A stretch of DNA of 64,000 nt from Podarcis bocagei. Its lineage: Eukaryota. The first letter of the stretch is position 1; each line of letters begins with the position of its first letter. Of this stretch, positions 1 to 11,600 are shown piece by piece. The stretch lies in NCBI GenBank assembly GCA_964188305.1, contig OZ076885.1, one strand, 5' to 3'. The notes under the pieces were generated by a model. That model was given only the letters and a program-made list of their open reading frames with translations. It did no database searches and was not told where the DNA came from. The position numbers and the translations under genes are program-made.

Positions 1-2091
1 AGAACAAAGGAAAATAACAGCAATTTGGCCTGGCACTGCTGAGACCCTGCTGTGGCTGGAAACGTATCAGTCAAAAGCAGTGTAATGGAGGCAATGTCTT
101 GGACAAAACAGATTAGATTAGCCATTTGGTTTCCGAATGAAAATCACATTGACAGCTCCAGCCCTTGGGTAAGTAGCACTTTCTAAGAGCTTTACAGCCG
201 ATCCTAGTCACATTTACTTGGAAAATTTGCCTTAAGTTAGTTACGGTAGTTTGTGAGTACAGCCTTAGCAATACATTGTTGCCACTAAGTGCAGATCAAT
301 GCCTAGGATGGAAAGAGAAGGGCTATAATGTTGATGGAACATCTGCCTGAACTTCAAGAAAAGCATAGCTTTTGGGGGAGGCAGGATTTGAAAAGTAATG
401 ACACTGAAAGTTCAGAATGAAAAGGTCAAGTTTTACTTACGTTCCAGCTAACATATTGCCACAGCAAGCCTTAGAAAAGGTTGGCACATGGTCCTTTGTC
501 CTCTGCTTCTTTGTTTTCTTCTGGCAAAGCTCTGAGTAAGTCGCCCACCAAAAGGCCTAATTGCAATAATGGCACCTCAAAAAGTGTTTCTTAGGCTGTG
601 TTTAGCTACTAATGTTGTTTGCTGCCTAAACAGTTCACTAGGCAGGTGTTCTTGCTTTAAAAACATTGTATGCACACCAGAAAGTGGCTAAATAAATAAA
701 TATTTTAAGCTAGCTGTTTTGTGGCATAAGTAGTCACTGGGCTGTCAACTTCAGCCTCTAGAATCCGATGTCTTCACGTTAACTGGCATCTAAAGGGTTA
801 AGCCTTGACTTGGGGAAAAACTGGAGCTTCTGCATATCAGGGTTGAGTTGTGTCAGGACTAAATGGGCACTACTAACTTGGTCCAGCAGCTAAAAACAAT
901 GAAAATTGAATTGACATTCTCATGGTCTTTATACGCACCAAAATTTCTTCCCAACCATGAACACTAGCACTGTCTAGTCCATTGGTGCTTAATCTTGAGG
1001 CCAAACTGGAAATATCACTTTATCTGGATACAATTCCTCTGAATGTGCTAATGACTGTTGCCCCTCGCTTTCCTCCAGCCACAAAGAGGTCTAGCTTAGT
1101 GAACGTCTGCATGGGGACTCCTCTTGCTTCCAGTTCAGCTCTTTAGGTCACAGTGAAAGTGGTAGTTGTGTCCTGAGAAAAGAAATGCAATGCACCATAA
1201 GGCTGCTGATAACACTTTGTTTGCATGGCTCCTAAGTTACACAGATGAACAGGACTGCCCCGCATAGGTTGAAGGCTCATAAGCATTATCTACTGAAGGC
1301 ATTAGATGTATTCATGAACGTGTTTGGTCACGGAAGAAAGGCATACGCACTAGTCATATTTAATGGGATAGTAACTAGGAGACAGGAGGCAGCCTTATTC
1401 CTTTCAAAATCATTAGCTAGCAGGAGAGGAAACCTCTTCAGTTACACTCTAATCAGCATACGTCTGAAATACTGCTTTCATTTTTAAGGGCTTTTCTGAG
1501 GTTAGTTTTTAAAGGTTTTTTCATTTTGCTATATTTGTGCTAGTCCCAATTTAGTGCCAGAAGCATGATATTTTGTTTGCATGCAAAAAATAAAATAAAA
1601 TGGTATTTTTGAGGGCTGGGGATTTTGGTGTACGTTGCCTAATAATAATAATAATGCATTAGATAACTTAATGCTGTTAAAAGCATTAGTTACCAATGTG
1701 AAAGCTGGCAAAGAGGCGGCACTATTTCATAGTGTTTTTATAGTTATAAGTTGACAACAAAGCAAGTGTCAAAAGAATTTGAAGAGCATTTTCCTAAGAA
1801 CATTTTAAAAATCTAAAACTTAAATACATAAGAAGCAGGAAACCAGCCAATGAGGCAGTTGTATCTGTAGACAACTATGGAGTGGTAAGATTGCTAAAGA
1901 GGGGGAGAGAGAAATTCTAGAAAAGTATAATCCTTTGCATTGAACTAAACTACTTTTTTAGTTCATGCGGCGTAAGGTATGAGGGCTAAAATTAACAATC
2001 CCTCATATACAGTTGAAATGCACCCAAGATGCATTAAATAATAAAAATATGCAATCTATCACTATAACTGGGCTAACTAAAGGATAGCCAG

Positions 2092-2094
<3 letters not shown>

Positions 2095-2132
<38 letters not shown>
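2095..2132. repeat. (GT)19 microsatellite
   Basis: Read directly. Confidence 0.98.
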
Positions 2133-2134
<2 letters not shown>

Positions 2135-2608
2135 GGAAGCCCTTTTAAAAGATATCTTCCAGTAAAATCATGAAAAGGATGTTAAATAGAGAATTGTTAC
2201 AGCTACTGAAGACAAGCCTTTTTGAGGAATAGTCAACATGGTTTCTGAATGCAAAAAAGTCCTGTATCATAAGTCTTTTGTAGTTCTTTGAGCATGCCAG
2301 CTGCCATTTTCTATGTGGATACAGGTAATCCTCTGGGCATTTTCAGTTTTTCAAGGTGTTACATATTCTCTCCGTGATAGATATTCATTACAGTTGTGCC
2401 TTCCCTCAAAGAATCCTGGGAATTGTATTTTGGCGATGGTGTTGAGGATTCTGTTCTAGAGCCTTTCTCCAGTTCATGGAATCACAGTTCCCAGAGTTCT
2501 CCGGAGACAGAATGGTAAGCCGAGTGGTAAACTCAAAGTATACATGCCACTGACACATGTAGAATATAGCATAACAAGAAAAAGTAACAGCAATAAATGG
2601 TCAAAGCC

Positions 2609-2614
2609 TTTATT
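2609..2614 (-). terminator. Candidate PKP3 polyadenylation signal (AATAAA)
   Basis: First canonical minus-strand AATAAA I find downstream of the stop codon; followed by a U/GU-rich tract (TTTATTGCTGTTACTTTTTCTTGTTATG). A weaker ATTAAA lies at 4524-4529. Confidence 0.55.
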
Positions 2615-5600
2615 TAGCAACATCAGTGAGTCTGCTCAGAATTAGAGCATGCACTGAGCATGCTCAAAAGTGTGCAAAAGATTGTCAGATTCAGAGGAAG
2701 ACCAGGTTCTTAATAGTTGTACAGGAAACAGAATTTTTGCAGGTGCAAAATGTCTGTCATACAGGGGTGAGAAACGCTGTACTGGATGGAATTCCTTCTA
2801 TACTGCACCACTGAGGCTGATCACCTGATGGGTCAGTAAGCTGTCTTGCCAGTTGTGGTATATTTTTCTCTAGCAGAAGCACTGAAGAAGACCTAGTCCT
2901 TTCACCCACATGTTCTTTGATGTAGCATTTAACATGCCTATCTTTCAGTGCTTCAGGTTCTCATAAAACAAACAAAAATATTTCAATATTATATATTTCT
3001 ATTTCAGAAGTTAGAGAAGAGCCTAAGAGCTCATTTAGTTCCTAAGAGATAATCCGAGGGTATAGTTATTACTTGCCATGTTCATTACAATTTAAACTTT
3101 AACCAGGTGTATTTTACCAGCAAATGGGCCAAAGGCTGTGGCCATCTTCACAAAATGACTTGTCTTCCCACTTTTCTCCTTGTGTTCATGGCTAAGGTTT
3201 TCAATCCTGCATCCAGGCTTCTCATTTGACAAACAAAATAGGGATGATTGTGCCTCTTTGTGGAGAGCAGAGGCAGGTCTTTGGCGAACAACATTAGTAG
3301 AAGCAGCAGACTGGCAAATTAGCAAGTTTTAATTACCTGCTTAACTTGCTGAGCTATGTGCATTTGTTGATACTTTTGGCTCCTCCCCTCTCCCATACAG
3401 TTGTTAAGAGATAACAGCTCTACTTCTATGCTTGAGTGTACGTGTTCCAAAGGGATAGTTCTACAATAACATCCATCCTTACTTGGAAATTAGGGGAGCT
3501 GTTTCCTCAATGTTTATATACAGATGATCACCTCTGAAAATAGGAAGAGTGTCAGATGTTGGAGGAACTGATGAGTGGTGCATCACTATGCACCGTGCAA
3601 AGGTAGCTATTTTACTAAAACAAAATGCCAGCTGCTTAATTCACTTTCTTAAGGTGACTTCAGCTTTTCAGTTGCACAGTTGTGATTTCCAAGGAAGCAT
3701 ACATAATGCTGTCAAAGTTAATGAGTTGTTAAAAGCAGCAATTTTACAAGATAATAGCCTATCCACTATACTGAGTAAAAACAAAAGCATTTATACAGTA
3801 TGTACAGGAGAAACTTATTCCCTCTTATTGCCCCTCGAGTCCATCTTGGCATCCCGTTGTGGCTGAGCAGAGTCTGGTCTCATATCTACGCCGGGTACAA
3901 ATTTTAACAATTACAGCAAGAACGTCAGAGAGATGATGCTGGGGTAGTTACTTTCCTCCCAAATACTGAAATCAGCTGCCATTCCAACAGCAGCTTGTCT
4001 CTTAAAGTAAATGAACATGGCTAAATTAGGCCAAGTATTTTAATAGGTCTACTCTTGAGTAAAAATTAGTTGAATACCACCCATAGTATTTGCATGACTC
4101 ACTTTGATAATGACAGCTATCGAGAGCTGCTGCTGGTTTATGTGAAAGGTAGTGCAGTTAACAGCACAACTACTCCAATAAGAGAAACCTTCTCAATCAA
4201 TGGCTTTCAGCTAGGCAGTGAAAAAAGCCTGTCAGATTGGTGGGCATAGCATGTAGTGGGACTAGTACTAGATCCTACAGCCTCCAGCTTCCCCATTGGC
4301 CTAAACAGGTACCAGATGACAGCCATAACCAATGTTTGTCTGCCATCACAGCCTCTGTAGTAACTTCCCCTTTAGCCAACATTCTGATAGGACATTCCAG
4401 TAATCTGCCATTTGACTGCAGGAAGGATGTACCCCTGAGTGAAAGCTACTGTGAATTAGTTGTTATGTAACCTGCTTCATATAGAATACTGGCACACAAA
4501 AGACAGCTTAATTTTACTAAAACTTTAATCCGGTCATCTTGTGCCTTAACATATTCTATCCCAGCCATTGTTGGCTCATTTGACAGGGTCCTGGCACTTT
4601 AAATCAAGGCTGTTGGTTTTACCCTATAATCAAATACAGTTCAGTGGGCCAGTACCTGGCACTTTATAGCCACCAAGGCATTCCTGCCAGCATAGAGCCA
4701 AAGTAACATTTTGCACAAACCACAGCAAAGCTGGCCAGAGACCAGCCCAAGGACCTCTTTTCCCCCAGCAGGTTCTAAGCCAGCCAGCACCCTTTTTGCA
4801 TAATCCCACCCACCTCTTACTTTACCAGCGCTATCACCCAAACAGAAACGGTACACATATACAGTGTGTGTAGCTTCAGAAAATCCTGTCTTCAGGATTC
4901 CTGCTATTGACCATACAAACTAATTAAAATGAAAGGATCCGCCACCCAATTCCACCATAAAACTATATGCCAAAGCATTCTTGCCCTACTTTTTGGCCAG
5001 TGCTAACTTTAAACATTGCATTTATCCCTCAAAATTCCATTAACAGGTTCAATACCACCAGAAACAAGTGGTTTTCTGGTGTCATATGTGTAGAGCTTAT
5101 AGTTCTCATTAAAATTGATCCATGCCACGTTAAAAGTGAAAAGGAAGCCCATCATTTTAGGGGTTCAGAGAAGATGGTGGGGAGTGACCTACAAACAGCA
5201 ACTTTTAGGAGGGAGAAGGAAGGCCCCTCAGCATCCTTCCCAAGACTGGAGGTCCTGCTATGACATGAGTGTTTGTGAATTTCAAATAATGACGGGGGAT
5301 CCAAGGGCATCCAGTACAAGATGTGAAGGAGAAGGAGAGTCCTGAGAATTTGCCTGGATGCTGACTCACGTCTTTACAGTTAAGATTTGTTTTTATGGAG
5401 ATAAGATGGCCAGCAGAAGATGATGAGTTTCCAGCAGGCTTGAAAAAGAAACACTAATGAATAATTAAAAAATAAGGCACACCAGCCAAATTGGCCTGAG
5501 ATCTATAAAAAGGAGGGAAGCTGCAGAGGGCAAGCTTCATGCAGCGGCGCCACAGTCCATGATGGTGATTCACGTACAAATTTCATGAAGAGTTAGGGCT

Positions 5601-5629
5601 GGACAGTCCATTTCTGCATTCCCTTTTCT

Positions 5630-5665
5630 TTACAGGCCAACAAAGTCTTCTTTTCGATAGCCCTT
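5630..5665 (-). CDS. PKP3: PKP3 exon 13 coding part (KGYRKEDFVGL-stop)
   Basis: ttttacag|AAG GGC TAT CGA AAA GAA GAC TTT GTT GGC CTG TAA. Confidence 0.95.
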   Translation of the reverse strand, partial: KGYRKEDFVGL

Positions 5666-8600
5666 CTGTAAAACACAGAAGAAGAAAAATATCACAAGGG
5701 CACATCATTCCACCCACCCAGTGCCCTATTGATATAAGACCCAAGATGGCACAGATTCTCAAAAGAACTGCAAATCTAGAATTCATATCTGTGATACTGC
5801 AGAAGAGAATGACCTGCAGCAGGGGGTGCCCCTTCCTCATAAGAGAAGTTTGTACCTGATGGCTGAAATGGAAGCCCCCCACCATGGGAAGTAAGGGTGA
5901 TGTGTTCTATTAGTGTGCTAAAATGTTCAAACATTTAAAATAAGGGGGAGCCCTAAAAACAAGTGGCACTTACCAAGCCCTTGGAGGACACACATTCCCG
6001 ACACCTTAGATAAGTGCCATGATTCCTGGACTAAAACTATAGGTTATTGATCTATGTGGGGCAATATCCTCAGCTAAGGCCAAAATGGCAGCTGGACAAA
6101 CAGCACATCTCTGTCACTTTCCTATTCAGTACTATAGGGCTAAACCCAAAGCACAGCAGGTCCCCACTAAGCATCCCTTGTGAATGTTAGATGCAAAAGG
6201 GTATAGGGTGGGCTCCCATACTGTTAATAGTGGTTCAAAATAGGGGCGTAGAGCAGGTATAGGTTTTCTTATGCCTCCATGACAAACTATACTTACTGAA
6301 ATTCATTCTTCCAGAAAACTACTAATACAGGCGTGCTGGCCTTTGTAGCTGCTCATATCTAGAAGATACCTCTTCTCCCTCTTCTAGAATCAGAAATCTA
6401 CTCATGCACATTGCAGCACAGGCACCCTATGAAGTAATTTCTCTTGTGATATGTATGTCCAGGAGTGCAAGCTTTCACACTGCAGGACTTGAAGGAGCAA
6501 CCATACTTCCCCCTCTAGACTGGGCAGGAAGTCAGTTCTTCCCCTGTAAGCTCACTGAGGAGTGGAGAGAGAGCAATTGGGAGGAAGGAACATACCGTCT
6601 TATAGTCCCGATGAAGCTTGCTGTACTGCCACATGTTGGTCAGGAGGCTGGAAGCAGCTCTCGACGACTTCTCACTGTCTGAGCTGGAGAATAAAGACAG
6701 ACACAACACATTGCAAGTGCACTTTAAGACACAGACTCTCTTCCTTCATAAACTATTGGTGGATTTTATACTAGGTTACATCATGTCTATTAGTGAACCA
6801 CTGAGAATTAAGGTAGCAAGCCTTAGACACATAGTGAGGAATTCCACATAACGCTAAGTGGGGTATGGACACAAGGAACAAGGTCTGCTTGTGCAGTGGG
6901 ATTTAGCTACTCTCCCCCCCCCTTGTGCCCCCCTGAACCTGTTCTGGGGAGCTCCCCCCATCTTCCAGAACAAATTTAAGGGCATAGAGGAAGAGAGGGG
7001 GGACAACTCAGATGAATTCCTCCCACGTACTTATGACTAAGCCCTACTAAATTCAGTGATACATCCAATAGGCTTGGGCTACATTTCTGAGTCGGTCACA
7101 ACTGGACCTAATGGTCAGGGGTCCCTTTACGTTTACCTTTACACTTCTGGAAGAAAATGGGTCTGTCTTAACAAATGGGCATGGTCTGTAGGAACAGACT
7201 CACAGCTTTGCAAATCCACAAACACTCCCCTTAATAGAAATTTAGACAGGAGGACATACTGTTTAGCAGTAGGTGGTCTAATTTCACACCCTTGCAATTG
7301 GTATAAATCAGCCAGATGGCCTAAAATGTGACTGAATATGGAGTTCTTGGAATTCAACTGGTGGTTTCAGCATATGGAATTGGAGGAGGAATCCCCAGGT
7401 CTTCCCCACCTGTCCCTTTTCTTCTTGATGTAGAATAGCTTCCGCAGGCCATCGAAGTAGACAATGTCACGTGCAGCAACAGGGCTTTCCACAACCAAGT
7501 TGTTCAGCACAGCAATAATGTTGACAACCACGTCTGTTGGAGGCCACTTCTCTCCAGAGCTGCCTGGAAGCTTCTCGATCAAATGACTCACCACCTTGGT
7601 TGCTGCAAATCAAAAACAAAACTGATCAGTGATGCAGGTGACTACAGGTGAAGCCCCAAGGAATGGGACACGCCCCAGAAACACTGTGTGGATGGAGTAG
7701 GCAAGGTCATTCTGCATGGAGGACAGTGCCTCCCAGCTTTCTTCCAGGTCCTGGGATGGTGACCTTTGCTATATTTTCCAATTGGAATGACACTCACACA
7801 TCTCATCCTTATTGCGCGCATTCCGGGAGAGATTCCGAATAAGTCCCGTCAGTGAACGAAGTTGGTGATGGTCAGCTGTGCGGACTCTGTCCAGTACTGG
7901 GTTCAGGATCCTCTCTTGTTCCAAAGCCACTCTGCTGAGGACACCAGCCCACTACAATGAAACGGGAGCCAGCAAGAGGATGAGTTGTCAGCCAAGTCAA
8001 TAAAGCATCTGAGCTCAAGTTGCAGATGTGGGGAGAGAGATTCCCACATCCCCTCTGCTTATTGCTGTAACATTGTTTATCAAAAACCCTTGTTTTTAAG
8101 ATGACTCCATGGGAGGTTTGCACAGCAATTTAGTGCTACAGCACAGAAAGCATCAGGTTATTCTTCAGGGGTAAGGGGGAAAGAGAACAGGAAGCTTTCT
8201 TCCCAACTGTGAATTGGGGAGAGCTGGTTATGACAAATGACAGAACTGGCGCTGATATTTGGCTATTCCTTTCCTTCAAAGTACACTTCCAAAACTATTT
8301 AAATATTTTCACTGGCCTACATTAGGGATTCTTAACCAAAGGTCCATGGATGGGCTTCAGGAAGTCTGTGAACAAAGGGAGGGGGGGAACCCTCCATTGC
8401 AACAAACGTGTGCATGTGTGTGTGTTTATGTGCATTTTTCTGGGAAGGAAGTCTATAGCTTTCATCAAATCCTCAAAAGGGTCTGTGGGCCAAAACAGGT
8501 TAAGAACTATTGACCTATATATCTACAACAAGTATTGGGACACTGCAAACAGAGAAGTCCGTCTGGCCTTCCCCTTCATCTACTCCCAGTGCTGTATGAT

Positions 8601-11600
8601 CTATTGGTTCTTAGTCTTTTCTGTCCTAGCCATGTTTGGATTCAAGCAGGTAAGGGAGGCCTTGTCATCTCTTTTCAAATTTTGCACAAGCCACCTATGA
8701 ATGCCTTTCTTCTCATCATCTGTGACATGGAGGGTGAATTCTCACTGCAGTGCCTGTTCAGTTCTAAGGAAGGTAAGGCAGGCACAGCCTGCAAGGGAAG
8801 TTCCTTCACAGGCACCTTCTCTTCATGTTTGCAATCTTAAAAAAACAACCCTCTAAGTGATAGACTGAGAACACATTGTGAGCCGCATTCACCCTGCTTA
8901 ATTTCACACCATTTTATCCCAGTGTACCCAACAAGACTCTTGGTGGGATGTTTCAAGCTGTTAACCTTACCCTCCGGTCTCCTGCTGTGATGTTCTGAAG
9001 AGCCCCAGAGGCTGCCTCCGTGGTGTGCTTGTTTAGCTCACATCTCTGTAGCAGCCTGTTGTACACTCCTATAATTTGAGGGTTCCACAGCCACTCCATC
9101 CCTTTGGGATCCTTAGAGACCTCTGTGAAAGTCACAATGTCTGAGTTCATGTGGAGCTTGGGAGGGAAAGAGAGAGAATGTTCAATGACCATTCTATGGG
9201 GGTCTAGAGAACCGTTTTCTACCATATCACCCCCTTCATACCTCGCCCAGACCTCAGCTAATGCACTGTTTCCATCATGGCTGTCATCGATTTCTATGGA
9301 CAAAGCTTCTCATGCCTTAAATCCACTTCAATCTCTTTTGGGATCTTACTCGCTTCTTAATTGCTTCTCATGTGTTCACTTCACTGTATCATTAATTCCC
9401 AGCATTCAATGTGAAAATACTGGGAGGAGCTTACACCTCCACTGATAACGCTCTGGATCTCCTTGGGGATGTCACCCTCACACCCTGAAAAGCAATTTCT
9501 ATTCTAGTGCTTAGATCAAGCAACAGGCATGATGAGGATCAAGGCAACAACCACTGATCTGAAAGTTCTTCCCACTCATCTCAGAAATTGGGGGTTTCAT
9601 TGTAGTTACTCAGAACCAAGCAAAATGTCTTCACATTTTCAGGGATACTTTAACAAACTCTTACTTCATATTCTGAGGATGGGGGATGAGCGCCAACAAT
9701 AAAAACACATGTTTGGGCAGAGCCCCGGCACAAATTAAGCTATGCAGACTTCAGATGCACAGACCCCTTCATAGGCTCACTTCACCATCTTTTAACATAA
9801 TAACAATAACAATTTATTATTTATACCCCGCCCATCTGGCTGGGTTTCCTCAGCCACTCTGAGCAGCTCCCAACCGAATATTAAAAATACAATGCAGCAA
9901 TTCCTTACCTTACGCAACATTTGCTGCCAGGCCCTTCTTTCTATCCCCCATAATAACACCATTTGCCCTCTCACCTCTCGAGCTCTCCTGCCCTGTGGGC
10001 TGAAGCATCCAACCAGCTCGCTAGTCATGTTTGGCCCCTCGCCCCTCCTTTGGCCTTCCAGTCTCTGGAGTGCAGAAGGAGGCATCTCATCATAGAGACG
10101 GTAGGAGAGGTTGCGCAGTACACAGACGGCATTCTCTACACTCTGTAGGGACAACAAAAGCGGGGGGTGCTTTTAAACAAACCATTTACAGGAAATTTTC
10201 CAATGCAAAGTATTTATTTTTCTTTCTTTTGGCAAGCCCTTAAGGAATTATGTTTTTAAGTGGTTGCTGTGGATTGTATTATAAGATGCTGTTCTGTGTA
10301 GATTTCAGTATTTTATGTATTTTTGTTTGTGTTTGATTCTTCTCGTCAGCTGCCTCAGGCAAAAATTTGGAGAAGCCCCAAATGTAAAATATTATGCATA
10401 CACACACACATAATTTATATTTTGCCTTTCCAGTTTTTTACTGGAAGCAGCTTACAAGAAGACTCCTCCCTGGCTTTGGAGTCAGGATAAGGGATATGGG
10501 CTACATCTGTGCTTGGAGACATCTGCACTCCACTTCTGCCAAGAATGAGAAAGGCTAGGAATGGAGATTCCCAGGCAGCTCTGACCCAAGGAGCAACCAA
10601 GCATATTTGATTGTATTGAACCAGTGCAGCCCAGGCACAGAAAAATGCATTATTTCACGGTCTACAGAAAACTTAGATTATTTTACTTAGATGTATAGAA
10701 ACAGTCAAATTCAAGTCTTTTTAAACCCACAAATCACATTTTAGCTGACTTGTTTGCTGCAGATACCCCAAATTTTAATGGATGAATTCAATATACTCTT
10801 ATCTGACCACTTACAAGCTAATACGACTTTTATTCTTTCTTGTATTTTATGTTGCCCTTCCTCCAAGGCGCTCATTATAGCATACATGGTCTTCTGTGAT
10901 GTAGGTTAGCCAAGTATCAGTGCTTGGCTGAAGATCATCCTGCGAGTTTCATTGCTAAGGGCAGATCTGAACCAAGGACATTCGAGCCCTAGTCTGATGC
11001 TCTGTTCACTACACTACATGAATAAGGGTTGCTTTACACTTTCCATTTTTGGGTGTACACCAAAAATTCCATATGTATGTCTAAACTGAAAAGTGTAAAA
11101 AACACATTTAACACAGACACACACACACGCCTTGTGATTGGCTGTAGCACCAATCTGAGTGTACACTTGTTGGCAGACCTTGCTTTGTCTACGTGTAATG
11201 TGTGAAGTGGCTTGCCGTGTCTTTGGACAGCTTCCCAAAGCCTGTCTGAAAAGCTCAGGTCAGGAAAAGTAACAAAGGAAGTTTTGACTTATGGCGAGGG
11301 TGGAGAACCTTGGGTCCTCCAGAAGTTGCTGAACTACAACTCCCACCAGCCCTAGCAAGCAAGGCCAGTGGGCCAGTGATGATGACAGCTGTTATACAGT
11401 AATATATGGGGGGAGGGGGCAAAGGTTCTCCCCACCGACTTACGGGGAGGTCTCCTACTTGAGGCAGACTATCAACCTACTCTTGGCTCTCTCAGAGAAA
11501 ACATGCATGAGGCAGTCATACCAGAGAATAATACTCTGAAAGCCAGCAGCATCCATAGATAATTGATGTATGTTTTGCCCTTCCTGTATTATGATTAAGA

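Noticed and set aside
1-2500. Possible terminal exon of a neighbouring gene (SIGIRR by human synteny)
   Set aside because: No recognisable coding sequence in the window; synteny alone is not enough to call a feature.
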